From Lingula anatina (taxonomy: Eukaryota > Animalia > Brachiopoda): 64,000 nt of DNA. The stretch spans positions 13,144,001 through 13,208,000 of the forward strand of contig CM120645.1 of NCBI GenBank assembly GCA_051362555.1, written 5' to 3'. The position numbers and the translations under genes are program-made. Shown here piece by piece: positions 25,101 to 38,900 of this stretch (positions are counted from its first letter, which is position 1; the number at the start of each line of letters is the position of its first letter). The notes beneath the pieces were generated by a model. It was not told where the DNA came from. It saw nothing but the letters and a program-made list of their open reading frames with translations, and did not search any database.

Positions 25101-27894
25101 TAACTATGGACCTATCTCTGCCAGTTTTGGAGATAAAAGGGAAGCAAAATTTGCAAAATTCAGTTCATGGTGAAAAGTAGGTCAAAGGTCAATTTCAAGG
25201 TCACATTTAGATTGCCAGTATATGACTTCCTATTCAAGTTCAATAGTAACTATGGACCTATCTCTGCCAGTTTTGGAGATAAAAGGAAAGCAAAATTTGC
25301 AAAGTTCAGTTCATGGTGAAAAGTAGGTCAAAGGTCACTTTCAAGGTCATAGTAAGATTGCCAGTATATGACTTCCTATTCAACTTCAATAGTAACTATG
25401 GACCTATCTCTGCCAGTTTTGGAGATAAAAGGGAAGAAAAATTTGCAAAATTCAGTTCATGGTGAAAAGTAGGTCAAAGGTCACTTTCAAGGTCATAGTA
25501 AGATTGCCAGTATATGACTTCCTATTCAACTTCAATAGTAACTATGGACCTATCTCTGCCAGTTTTGGAGATATAAGGGACTAAATGTTATAATTTTGGA
25601 GTTACTATAATGTGCCTTAAATTTCGTACAGAAAAAATTAATTAAAATAAAGAAAATGTCATTTTGGTCAAAATTCTTGAAATAGGAGGTGCTCTGAAGT
25701 TTCAGAAGTTCAAATTTGATGAAATAATGTCATTTTTGAACACAAGTTGTCTGCTTTGCCAAGCCTTATGCTTTATTTTTCCAGAGTTCAAAATTTATTA
25801 TCCATTACCGTACTGCACATTTTGCTTTTACCACCAATATGTACTTTTTGATACAGCGTAACTCGAAAACCGTATGGAATACAAAAAAACCGAGACCACA
25901 TCCAGTGTTGGGCTTTACATGCTCTACAAAATGCAAAAAAGAATGGGTCTCTAGCATTAACGGTTCCCGAATTAGAGACAGTTTTCAGTTTCGGTATCTT
26001 ATGGCCGCTACTCCCGTGAAAATGCACCGATTGACCCCAAATTCATGGAGATGAAAGATGACCTGAAGGGTAACACCTTCCAATAATATTATTGGTTAAG
26101 TCTGTGTGGTGTCTGAATAACAGGGAAAAAAAAATTTTTTTCGTAAAAAATTTCATTTTTTTGAAAATTTTGGCCCATTTGACCTTGAAGTAAAGGTCAA
26201 AGGTCAAATCCAAGGGTATATTTGAAATCTACACATATGACTTTTGGAAAGCCGTCTATAGAAATTTTTCCCATAACTCCTTCCGTAGGGTAGATAATTA
26301 GCATTTAATTTTGCCATTTTTAGACAAGGGTGCATTGCAATGAGTGCCACACCCAGACCCCAATACCGACAAAGCCCAAATTTTATGTGGAACGAGTTGA
26401 GATCATAGGTGACCTAAATCCATGAGATGGGTACGGGGGCCCTTACCGTCTAGGAGGAGAAGCGGTAACGGTAGCCGTCCGGCGGAGCCGGCGGAGCCAA
26501 CGGAGCCGGCGGAGCCGGCGGAACGATCCGGACGGGACCGAAACCATGTGTACCGCCAGCGCTAACGCTGGTGGTACAATAATAATCTGATTTCGTTACA
26601 GACATGAAAAAATAGGGACTTCATTTTTTCTATATTTGATTCAGTTAAACACTGTGCAAGAACTAACCAATCACATAAAACTTGTTATCCCTGAGGAAGC
26701 CTGATGATGCATATCGCGGCGTTGGCATAGGTGGCAAGCTCTGCCACCTGTTGGCTTCTATGTCAAAACTTAAGAAGTATTCCTTTGGGTTTGTGTCTGC
26801 TGCCATGCCTCCAGCTATAAGAACCTTGCCATCTGAAAAAAATAACATACATATGTTTTTTAATGTAAAATCAGAATGAGGGTTAAAAAGGAACCAATTC
26901 AACTCAAAATATAATCATAAAAACTGGAATACATGGACAGGAAGTGATATTACTTGTGCCAAGTTAGCAAATTATTTCACTTTCAAGTTTGTATATAGGT
27001 GAAAAAGTATGGTTCACAACAAAAGCAACATCTAATATTGGTTGAAATGCTTCATAGACCATAATCATTTGGGACTAGTCATCTTTTTCTTTGTAATCAT
27101 ATATTTGAATATAACTGAGGAGAACTTATACATGCGTTTACACAATCTCATTATAAGACCCCATTTCCAGAGATTAGATCGATCTACTTTAGTTCGACCT
27201 AACTCCTTGGGGGTTCACGCTAAATAGCTGTCAGCCGGGCGGACACGAAAGTTAATTACCCTCTTACAGCTTGTAGTAGGCGGGACAGACTTTTAAGCCA
27301 GATTATCTGACAGTAATCTAGTGAGACTAGATCGATCTAAAAGCTCTGGGAATACAGCCTAAGTTTCATCTAATAAATATAACCCCAATATCAACAACAC
27401 TAAAATGTTTGAAATTACAAATTAAACAACTGAAAATAAAAATAAACAAATAAAAAATCACCACATAATATTTGATTACCTCTCACTACAGCTGATAATC
27501 CTAGCAACTTTTCAGGCAGAGATTCCAATTTTTTCCAAGCACTTTCCTCTATGTCATACAACTCTACTTCATCAAGAGGGGCCTGGGCTTGACTAACCCC
27601 TCCTAACACTATAATCTTCTTTCCTATGTGTACAGTGGCTGCCCCTGCCCTGCTGGTAGGCATGGGGGCCAAAACTTTCCAGGTTTTCTCTGTGGGGGAG
27701 TACATTTCAAAACTGTTCAGTGGAGACCCAGTCTCGTCACAGCCACCAATAACATAAATATTGCCCTCGACAACGGTGGATGTTGCGAAGACCCGTTTTG
27801 TTGGCATGTCTGTAATTTTCTCCCACTGGTATTGTGCGGCAATGCTATCTGAGGTAGCTTTGTTGGCTTTCTTTCTGGCTTTTTTATCTGCCAT
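22143..27894 (-). CDS. Kelch-repeat beta-propeller protein, KLHDC8A/B-like (360 aa, 5 coding exons)
   Basis: Exons (- strand): 27480-27894, 26668-26832, 23141-23347, 22654-22746, 22143-22345; 1083 nt open frame. Repeated kelch motifs (IYVIGG, IIVLGG, VLIAGG, FYVIGGRQGK, IFSLGG, VIVAGG, IYIIGG) with no BTB domain; size and the GGRQGK.P motif fit KLHDC8. Orthologue assignment is an inference. Confidence 0.85.
23659..26582 (-). mobile_element. HINE-like non-autonomous Helentron element, family 2, in intron 2 of the kelch gene
   Basis: 14-bp subterminal inverted repeats ATTGTACCACCAGC (23695-23708) / GCTGGTGGTACAAT (26567-26580), 5' palindrome, GC-rich (GCCGGCGGA)n microsatellite at about 26474-26522, 3' hairpin GAGGCG-ATAC-CGCCTC and CTAGT terminus on the - strand. 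Confidence 0.8.
23865..25580. repeat. 146-bp tandem satellite array, about 12 units
   Basis: AGGTCAAAGGTCA or a one-base variant recurs at 24011, 24157, 24303, 24449, 24595, 24741, 24887, 25033, 25179, 25325, 25471 (period 146), with a more diverged unit at 23867. Confidence 0.97.
27157..27359. mobile_element. Harbinger-like MITE with GC-rich core, copy 1
   Basis: TAA on both flanks; imperfect TIRs containing TAGATCGATC; core GGGGGTTCACGCT.AATAGCTGTCAGCCGGGCGGACACGAAAGTTAATT shared with 57794-58007. Confidence 0.7.
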
Positions 27895-28318
27895 GTTAAA
27901 CTATACGTAAGTCCGCAGACAACCTGTTTAAAAAAAGAAAAGAAAATCAATGATTATGCAGACACCATTTGTTCAGAATCATCTACTGTTGGCTCCTTCC
28001 TACATGTACCAGTACATTATATTTATTGCACTGTATATAATACTAGTACAGGCATGCAAGAGTCTAAAATTTCAATTCCTCAGACAGTCTGGAAGACTTA
28101 ATAATTTCCTTTTTATATAATATTCAGACATGGAGAGCCATTTATATATATATATATTACATTACATTTATCGTTTTGAGTTAATATTCCAATAAAATGC
28201 ACTAATTTTGTATGCCAGTACAAGTTATATGTAACTCAGAAATCATGATTTCATGATTGCAGACTGCTACTGTTAGTACCATGGATATTAGAATGTGTAT
28301 ATAAATACCGGGGTAGGT

Positions 28319-28323
<5 letters not shown>

Positions 28324-28386
<63 letters not shown>
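28324..28386. repeat. (CA)n microsatellite
   Basis: Perfect AC dinucleotide run of about 60 bp. Confidence 0.95.
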
Positions 28387-28392
<6 letters not shown>

Positions 28393-28639
28393 CATCTGAT
28401 CTATCAAACAGTTCTGTTTAATTTTTTATACTACATCAGTGATCAAGTTCTCATACAAGTACAGGTATCATGGTCCCAGTATGGCAGAGACCACACTATC
28501 TATCTGCAGTGTATTATGTTTCTAATTACTACATGTATTAATGTTTAGTATGACATGTACTACATGTATATGATCCTATAGGACATGTATTGCTACAGTC
28601 TACAGAATCATAAACGTGATTAAGTAGTTTTGCAAACCA

Positions 28640-29330
28640 TTTCTGGACAACGTAAAGACAGCCACCGTTTTTTGTTCATGGTTTCATCCACACTGGATGA
28701 AACCTATATGCTAGCCGGAAATCTTCGTGTTTTCACGGGTGTACTGGGTCTGAATTCATATTAGCATTGCCATGGCGCTTGAAGCCGGGAAGTACAAATT
28801 AGTGACAAACCGAGGCAATGAAGCATAATTATTGTCACACAAGCCTTCATGAAGTAATATTAAATACTTACAAGATATAAAAGGCTGCAAGGTGACACTG
28901 TTCCCTTTACAGCACACAGAAAACGCAAACAGAAACTGCCACTTCCACAGGCTCAGCCTACCGGCCAATTTTCCAGCAAACGAGAATCACACGTGATCTA
29001 AATAAAAATTAGGTCAAATGTGGACATAGCGTGACCTGGTCGGTGAAGAAACCCGGTAAAAAGGTTCACGGATTTTGAGAGAAAAGGGTAAATTTTTAAT
29101 CGATGCTTTGGTCGATGATATACATTAAGAATAGTTGTTAACGTCTGACGATTGCATTTTGATGAAAATTTTCAGTGATCTGTATCCAAGATTGATTTCT
29201 CAGCCGTAATTTGTTGTAAACAACACGGAGGAGTGTCCATTTACGCGTGTTGTGATTGGTTCGATTCGGCGTGTCTGTTATTGCTGATGTTTTGTGGCAC
29301 GATATAGGCTGCGTGGTTCATAGTCAAAAA
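28640..29330. promoter_or_regulatory. Probable shared promoter region of the kelch gene and AASS
   Basis: CpG-enriched patch between divergent genes, each of whose first coding exon is preceded by a splice acceptor (so non-coding first exons lie here); ETS-like CCGGAA and E-box CACGTG near 28990. Boundaries approximate. Confidence 0.5.
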
Positions 29331-29956
29331 GATTGGGAGTGTACATCATATAATCATTCGATTAGTACTTTTTTTATACATATAAAGGTTTGTGATTGCA
29401 TCATCGTTTTGGTGCGTGTACAGCACATTAATTTACATGCAGTACTCGTACACACGGCTCTTCGTAAACTACTGCTATTACTATTAGTAATATTTTCCAT
29501 TCATTTTCTAATCAAAAATATTTTATCAACAGGATCTATATTACCGCTACGTGGCAGCATGTAAGTATTTTGTCAATACATATATGCCTGGTAGGATTTA
29601 ACAACATTGAAACGCCCACATTGAAACAAGACTATATAGTAGCTAGGACGTTCTGGAAATATTATTGTTAAATGATAAATTACGTACCATTGCAAATCTG
29701 ACTTTAAAATCACTTATAAAATCACTATTTAATTCAAACATTGATCCCGTAATATATGCCAAGGTTAACATGTTTGCTTAAATATTACATCTAATGTTTA
29801 CACTGAACCATCAAATATTTTAAAGCTATATCAAAAATAAAATCGCTATAAATTATAAATTGTGGTTTTCACTTCCATCAGATATTGTACATACAAGTAT
29901 ATACTATGTATGACAGTTTACATGTTTTCTTTTTCTACCAGCTATACTTAAAGGTC

Positions 29957-32900
29957 ATGTGGAAGGCTTTTGGAGGAAAGAATCTCAAAACTTTATGTCT
30001 AAAAAAACAATGGCTGAAAATCTCTTCTGTCAGGTCAGCTAGTTCTTGTTTAGCCATAAGACGAGAGGATGTTAATCTCTGGGAACGGAGGGCCCCTTTG
30101 GCCCCCTCTCACGTAAGGCAGCTCACTAAAGAGGGTGTTAAGGTGTTATTGCAACCATCCAACAGGAGAGCTTACCCCACTAAGGTAAAGTTGTACCTCT
30201 CTGCCACTATTTTTTATGATTAAAGTGATGTTTTAATTAATTGCAAGGTTTGAGTTACTCCATGGATTCTCAATAGTGATGATGATGGTCACAATGATGT
30301 ACTGTGATGATTCTGAAAGCTAGCTAATAATAATAATAATAATAATAATTGATGACATTTGTAATAGTAATAATTAATAGTAATAATTATTGATAACTTA
30401 CTGTAATAATAATTGTTATTATTCTTATTTCACTTTTGTTTTACATCAATAAATTTAACAGATTCTTACATTAAAATATGAAACCGGGGGTTTAAAAATA
30501 TTGCATTCAGTCTTCAAATCTTAATTGATCAAATACCTATATCTATAGGAATATGAAAATGCAGGGGCAATTAGTCAAGAAGATATCTCAGAAGCTGACC
30601 TAATTCTGGGAGTCAAGCAGGTGCCCATTGACAAACTGATACCCAACAAGACCTACGTCTTTTTCTCCCATACGATTAAGGCCCAAGAGGACAACATGCC
30701 TTTGCTGGATGCTCTCTTAGAAAAAGTGTGTATATATGGTATTATATACTATTCATTGCAACATTTAAGCATACAACCTTAAGTCACAGAGTCACTGTAT
30801 ATAGATTCTGTTTACCAAAATTTATTAAGGTTTGAAATGATTTAATTTTAACTTATAATTAGATTGAATTGGAACCAAGTCTGTTTTATAACACAAATTG
30901 TCGACAACTTGCAATGAACTTTTGTCAAAACTGTGTTGAAATCAAGTGATTTGGTTTCATGGAATGTCATTCAAACAAATTGTGTGTCATTGGCTGTCAT
31001 GATTGAAACTTGAATTGTTATTGTTTTGTAGCAATTGTGATGATTTGTTTTCCATTCTTTAAGAACATCCGTCTCATTGATTATGAAAAAATGCTGAACA
31101 AAGATGGACTTCGTTTGGTTGCATTTGGCAAGTATGCAGGTGTAGCTGGGATGTTGAACATTCTCCATGGATTGGGATTCCGTCTGCTCGCCCTTGGGCA
31201 CCATACACCTTTTATGGTAACTTCAGGAGAAAGGGGTTAAATTATGAATTGGCTTTATATTGGGCTAGAATGTAGAATTTCTGCATAAATCATATGATTA
31301 TGCAAAAATGTCCTTGTTAGTTGGACTTTTTGTATAGGGCTAGAGAGTAGAATTTCTGCATCAGATTTTGTCCAAAATTTTGTGAAATTATTGCACTAAT
31401 ATATACATTTTTATTTAGCCATATTTATTTAGCTGTTTGTTTGGAAATTAATTATTCTAATATTGGAGCCAAGGATCATTCTTCTATACATGAATATAAT
31501 GGAATACAGTTTTAAAAAGTTTTTGGGGATTTGAACATAGTTAATCTTTTCAGTAAAGTAAATAAAACCTGTTACAAATTCAATTTTCCTTTTTCTTTTT
31601 TTCAGCACATTAGCCCACCCCACCACTACCGTAACAGTGGCAGTGCAAGACAAGCCATCAGAGATGCTGGCTATGAGATAGCGCTAGGTCTGATGCCCAA
31701 GTCCATTGGACCTTTGACGTTTGTGTTCACTGGGTCTGGCAATGTCTCACAGGTACTGTCAGATAGGAAGGAATCCGGGTGAATCAGAATTTAGGCATAA
31801 TCTTCATGAATAGCAACTTCTTTGTCTTGAGACATTTTCTAAGACATATATCTTAATGACATTCTTAATACAGCTTTATAGTGGGTTTTCAGTTAGCTTA
31901 AGGAGTGCTATTAGTTATCATCTAGCTAAATGATGAGAAAGGCCATACATAAAGACTACCAAAGAGTCACTCTAAACAAGAAAAGTTACTGTATTGCAGA
32001 TACAAAAGAAAGCCCACAAAATTTATGTAACTTTTATGGAGAGTTTTCAAATTAAATTTTTTTTCAAAAATGTACTTGGAAAGACCAATTCAAGGTACAT
32101 AGATCTGTCATTGTGCATGTTTTGTTTTACTCACCAGGGCGCGCAGGAAGTCTTCAGAGAGCTGCCCCATGAATATGTCTCCCCTGAGGCTCTGCCAAAG
32201 GTAGCTAAACATGGAGGTCAGTATCAACAACTTTGCTCATTCACAAACATTCTGCTTATTTTCAATATTTGAATAAAACTTTTTTCATGTTTTTTGTTCT
32301 TCATTTTTGACATTTGATACAAGATTTTTTCATGTTTTTCTGTTGTTCATTTTTGCCATTTTGATCCAAACTATTTTCATACGTGATTTTCTATTGTTTA
32401 TAATATGATAGATAACTAATCATGCAGTTACTTGTCTTCTGTGCATGTGCAGGTGCTTAATAAACAAGCTAAAAGGGGGCAATTATTTTTTACAGAAAAA
32501 TTGATCAGCATGTTTGTGTTTCTTTTTCAGCTACAAATAAGGTGTATGGTTGTGAGGTCAATATGTGGGACCATCTGGTCAGGAAAGAAGGCGGGAAATT
32601 TGACATGGAGGAATTCCTCAAACATCCTGAAAGATATGGATCCAATTTTGCAAAAAAGGTAGACATATTTTTTTAAACTTATTTATATGCTAGGGTATCA
32701 TAATCTACTGGCCCAAGGCAGAAAAAAAGGACATTAATTGAACAACAAAGGAATCTGATAAATTTTTACTGCCAAACGTCAGTTTTTCTGTCCTTTGATG
32801 TGGGCCTAATTTCTTAAATATGGCACACGGGTTAGATGCATTAACATAAACTTTGAAATATTGTGGATTACTATTGAATGTAATTTAATTCAATGCAGCT

Positions 32901-35900
32901 TTTTTTGGTTCATTAATAATTACAGTGATGTAGTGAAATGTTTTTGTTATATTTTTATATAAATTTTGATATTGTTTAGGAATGAAAATGTTTTTGCTAT
33001 CTTTTAGATTGCTCCCTATGCCTCAATTATCGTCAATGGAATCTACTGGGACAACACTCAGCCGCGTTTGATCACTATTCCCGACGCCAAGACATTACTC
33101 AAGCCCACCTCGCTGCCATGGTTACCAAATGTCGTCGGTTGCCCACAACTGCCACACCACCTATTGGCAATTTGTGATATTTCCGCGGACAGGGACGGCT
33201 CTATTGAATTTGTGAGTGAGTGCACGACAATTGACAGGCCCTTTGTGTTGTATGATGCAGATCAGAATACTGAGAGAGAAAGGTGAGCATTCAAACCTGT
33301 ATATAGAAATGAAGCAAATGTCCATGAGGTGAAGATATTTTATATAAATATTTTTCTTTTTCTGACATACAGTGTTGTAATGATTGACTGTTGGCTGACT
33401 AAGTAATTAATGTGAAATAATTTTGAAATTAGATTATTTATACATAATATATTAAATAAAGAATGTTATTTGTGTGATAAAATGACATCAGATATATCCA
33501 TGAAAAAAACCTTTCATATAACTGTGCAATAAATTCCTTCTCCATTTCTCATTGGTTCTGTATCATGTGGCAAATTTTTTTCTTTGTTTTATCATTGTAA
33601 ACCGTATCTTGTTCAAAAGAATGCATGCCTATACTGCCCTGTATGGAAACCACTGTCATTTCAAATTATTTAAAAAACATTATTATTATTTTTTATTTAA
33701 GTTTCCATGGTCCTGGTGTTTTGGTTTGTTCTATTGATAACATGCCTGCACAGATTCCTAATGAGTCTACAGATTTCTTTGGGTCACTTTTGTTTCCCTA
33801 CATTCATGACATGGTAAGATGGAAAGAATTTTTTTATTAAAGAAACATTGAGAAACAGATATATAACCAAAGATCAAATTCAAATGGTTTGTGTGCATTA
33901 TTTGAGTAATTGCAGTACAGCATTTTACAAGTCAACCTACTTTCTGCTATTACTGCTGGCTGGGTATGTGAAAATGTGTAAAGCTTTTAATTTTGATATG
34001 TTTTCTGATATTTTCAGCTCAGTTCCAATGCAACGACTCCTTTTGAGGAATACAAGGTGACCCCTGTAGTTAGAGATGTAAGTATATGTAGAATGTGTAA
34101 TTTCATTTTCAAACATATTAACATGGTTATTGATAAGAAATTGTAAAATTTGATGATAGTTTATTAAAGTCAAATAATTTGTAAATTTAAATTTTAAAAT
34201 TGTGTTTTTTGCCCTTGTAGGCTGTGATCACTTCCAATGGAAAGCTTACCCCAAAGTTTGAATATATTGCTAAACTGAGGGAAGTATCAAGGTGAGCAAA
34301 ATGCCCAGTTAGCACGAGATTTTTGAGACCAGTTCAAATATGTATGTCTTGGCATATAAAAGAAAGACAGGACATTATTTATATCTAACACTAGAGTTAA
34401 TAAATCATAAATTTGACAGTCCAGTCTTTGCTTCTTATTTATAATAATTATTTTGAATTATTTAAATGTTGTACACAAAGAACAAAATGGAATGCTTTGA
34501 AAAAAAAATTTTTTTGGCTCATCTAGGACAGTTGATTAAATTTTTAGTTTTTATAATGTCTGATCTTTGTTTTAGATGTGCTTAAATTTAGTTTTAATTC
34601 TGTCCAATCCTCATTTTAGATCTGCTCACAAAGTTTCCTCCGCAAAAAAGATGGGGGATAAAAAGGTGCTTTGCCTTGGCGCTGGCTACGTCTCTGCCCC
34701 TGTGGTGGATTACTTAACCAAGGACCCCAAAGTGGAAGTCACTGTTGGTAAGTGTTTAATTTTAGATCACTGAAAACATACAAAGTAACATTGAAAACGT
34801 GTACATAATATGGTCATTTGATAACTAATGGGACAGTAAACTTGATGGTAGTTAGCCAAAGAAGTTTTGTGCACAAATTCAAAAGAGCAATGTTTTTGTT
34901 AATGTATAAAAGTACTGGTAGGATGTGTAATGTTACTTGTAAAAATGATTGATTTTGGGTCGTGCTAGCAATGTCTAAATGTCTAAAAATAAAATTGTAT
35001 TCTGCTTGATGCTGCATATTCTTTGCTTCATTTCAGTCTCTCACCTGCGCAGTGAGGTCGATGCCCTGGCAAGCAAGTTCAAGAATTCTCACCCAGTACT
35101 GTGTGATGTCATGAACCACAAAGAAGAGCTTGAGAAACTAGTGTCCAGCCATGACTTGGTGATTAGGTACACAGGACATATACTAAGACATTGAGGCACT
35201 AGTCTTATTTTTATTTAATTCAATTAAGTTACATGTAGAGCAAGTGTATATTATATCTCGGAAATATCTATTCAGATGTCATCTTTTCAGAAATATGAAA
35301 CAGTACCATTTGGTATTTCCTAAGATTATATGTTCTTTATAACTTTTTGGTGGCATTTTTGGTGATATTTTTGGTGACAGGTTTAGTGGCAATCATTTGA
35401 CATGTCAACTCGCTTCAAATGCATCTTTAAAAAGGTTCCCCAGTGTTTAATATTGCAAGTCATTCAAGAGATTTCTTATTATAATATTTGCCCTTATGTA
35501 AGTAGTAAACATTATACTGTAACATAGTTTCAACTCTGACAAGATTTCTTGATTTAGCAAGCAAGCAATGAAGTGATTATGATGCACATTCAGTGTCCAT
35601 TAATTATCCACATGTAAAGAAAATTCCAAATTCCAATGTTATTTTAGCTTGCTACCCTACATCTACCATCCAGAAGTTGCAAAAGTTTGCATCATGAACA
35701 AGAAGAACATGGTGACAGCGAGCTACATGAGTAAAGAGATGACAGATCTGGAGCAAAGGTAAAGTGAGGAGAATGTTATGGCAGGATGAATGGGAACATT
35801 CTCTGAATGAGTGTGCATGTATTTGAGAAAGAAAGAGAGAGATCTTATTTATACTTTTTTTGTTAATAAGAAAGACAGACTGCATGCCAACAACATTAAT

Positions 35901-38900
35901 GGAATTTGATATGTATTGTTATAATGGCACTCCATCCCACCCAGCTAAGAGTGATTTTCCTTTCATTTTTTCTTCCCCTTCGACACCTTTCACCATTTTT
36001 GACACTTTTTGCCCTCTGACTACATACCTGAGTGAATTCAGTTAAGTGACCAGATTCACTATTTTGCATTTTTCCAGTGCTGTGGATGCAGGTATCACAG
36101 TGGTCAATGAGGTTGGAGTGGACCCAGGCATTGACCACATGCTGGCCATGGAATGCTTTGATAACGTTACAGAAAAGGGAGGAAAGGTAATTATGATATT
36201 ATTATGGTATAATTTGGATAGATATCTCTCTACATTTTGTTTTACTGGAAAGGAAAGTGGAAGAGGATGGAGTTCTTTTTTATTATTATTAGCTAGATCA
36301 TCTCAAAGACCAGCTTCTATGTTTATTGTTCATCTGTTTTTATAAAAACACAATTTGAGATAAGTTATTATGTACGTAGCAGGTATTGCCAACTTAATTT
36401 GTATTATAAAATTTATGCTTCAGAAAGTTATCCACAATAAGAGTATTTATGGTCTAAATTTTCTTAATATGTTATAGGTACATTTTTCATTGAATTCCAT
36501 CTTATAATTAAAAAGGTCACATCATTTGTCTCCTGGTGTGGAGGCCTTCCTGCCCCAGAACTATCTGCCAATCCCCTGAGGTACAGGTTCAGCTGGAGTC
36601 CCCGTGGGGTCCTCCTGAATACCATCAGTGAGGCCAAATACCTGCTGAATGGAAAGGTAGGCACAGAAAAACCTGTTTTTAAATATTTTCCACTTTTTAA
36701 AATTATTTCAATTTAAAAAAAGAAAAAAAGTTATGATTGAAACCTTTATCTTCTTTATTGATACAGATGGAGTTTGATGATTCTGTCATTATAGATCATG
36801 TCCATACTGTCTTGACCAATTATTCAACATATAGAACTATTTACTGACGTACAATTGGAAGTTAAAGAACTTCATCATAAAAAAGTTAAGTTATTTTGTT
36901 GTTAAGTTTTTCTTACAAATAAAGGCAATTTTAGGTCTTTGACTAATTGAATTTTTTTCTCGCCCCTAGACAGTAGAAATCCAGCCAGGGGGAGAATTAT
37001 TGCAGGCTGCCATGCCTCTCTCTTTCCTGCCTGGCTTTAGTTTGGAAGGTTTCCCTAATAGGGATTCCATTGCTTACAAGGGTATCTATGGACTGGATTC
37101 TCTGAGGACAATACTGCGTGGAACTGTGCGATACACGGTAAGGGATGTCCGCAAACCAGTTATTGTGTCATTGTTTTGGGAAAGTCATCACAAAAACTGA
37201 AAATTATGTTAACACATTACTGTTATAATCGCATAGTTTAATATAATTATAACTTCTGCTGCAATTCAGCTATTTTCTTCTAGCTTTATAGAGTTATTCA
37301 TTGGATATAAACCTCATATGTATCCATAAGTATATGTGATGGTTCAAGTTTTGTGATTTAAATATATGTTCTCGGTTGGATTATTTCTGTGTCCTCTGTA
37401 TTGTAAAGGGTTTCAGTAATGCTGCTGCAGGATTGGTCCAAATTGGATTGATTGACACCACTCCTCACCCAAGTCTCCACCCCCTAGGACCAGAAATCAC
37501 TTGGGTAAGTTTGTGTACTCTCTACTAGAAACCAGCTTGTTTTTTTCCTTTTTCACTGTAACAGATACCAAAAAATGCAGAGAAATAGCCACAGAAATAT
37601 CTGTGAATTCATAGTGAAAAATTCTCTCTGATCCTGGTACCCAGATAGCATGCATACGTTGGGCCAACGTTGGCCCAACGTTGCCTTGGTTGACCATGCA
37701 ATGTTGGCCCAACGTTGGGTTTCCATCTAAGTGCTCACTTTGGCCAACGGTTGGCTGAACGTTTTTTTAATGCCAACGCATTGCCAACGTATTCCCAACC
37801 AAACTGCGTTGGCCCTACATTGGGCCAACTAATAACCAACATTGGTCCAACAATTACCCAACCTGTAACCAACAGTGTATTTACATTGGTCCTACTAATA
37901 ACCAACATCAGTCCAACGATTACCCAACCAAACTGTGTTGGCCCTACATTGGGCCAACTAATAACCAACATTGGTCCAACAATTACCCAACCTGTAACCA
38001 ACAGTGCAATTACGTTGGTTCTACTAATAACCAACATCAGTCCAACAATTACCCAACCTCAAACCAACAATGTATCCGCGTTGGCCCAATGGTAGGGCAA
38101 CTGGTCACCAAGTTATCTGCAATTTGCACAACAAATTATGATCCAACCTAAAACCAGGGGCACAGTGATTTACAGTAACCCAACATTGAGCTAAAGGCAC
38201 AATCTTTTTTTTTTTGGAATCACATACGTAGTAGGGCACTGTAATTACACATCTGATGCACAGGCAGATCAATGTCCTGATGAAATATCTTGAGCATCTG
38301 AAATCTGCAAACTGCAAGATATGGCTGAAAAATTGGCAAGGTTTCTAAGGGATGAATCCTTCAGAGGACTTGATCTGCCTGTGATCATTTACACTACACC
38401 TGGAAAATTGTCAATTAATAATTGTAGTTGAAACAAAAAGATTAGTGATATATTTTGAATTGTTTAATTAATTCATAACATAACATAAAACAAATACATT
38501 ACACCAACTAAATAATGATATGTGAATTGAAATATAATACAAAAAGACAACAAAGAAAATTTTTATAAGATATTATAATATTAAATTTAAACATTAATAA
38601 GTGTGTCTTATATCAATTGTTACATGATTCACATCAAAAAAATTTTAACAGTCCTATGACTTTTCACCTTATTTCTGGAGTCAAGGCATTTTTCTACTAG
38701 TAAAGTCTTTTTTGCCCCATTTCAATTTTTAAAAATATTTTCATTAAATTAAATTCAAACCTGAAACCCTTGTTAATGTCAGGTAAGATGCTTTTCATAG
38801 GAACTTTCATAAGTTATATGTCAAGTCTATAAAATTACAGTCTCTTCCGTCAGGCAAAATCTCAGACATTGTCTCTTTAAAAATCAAATCAGTGGTCATA

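Noticed and set aside
23865-25580. CRISPR array or repeat-protein gene (ORFs 23909, 24145, 24729)
   Set aside because: No unique spacers; the 146-bp unit is not a multiple of 3 and the ORFs are by-products of the satellite inside an intron.
28202-28384. Cys/Val repeat ORF
   Set aside because: Translation of a (CA)n microsatellite.
30276-30316. Box C/D snoRNA (TGATGA...CTGA) in an AASS intron
   Set aside because: Too short, part of a (GAT/AAT)n low-complexity tract, no terminal stem.
37715-38095. 126-aa and 100-aa overlapping ORFs with repeated peptides
   Set aside because: They are translations of the transposon's subterminal repeats and 129-bp duplication.
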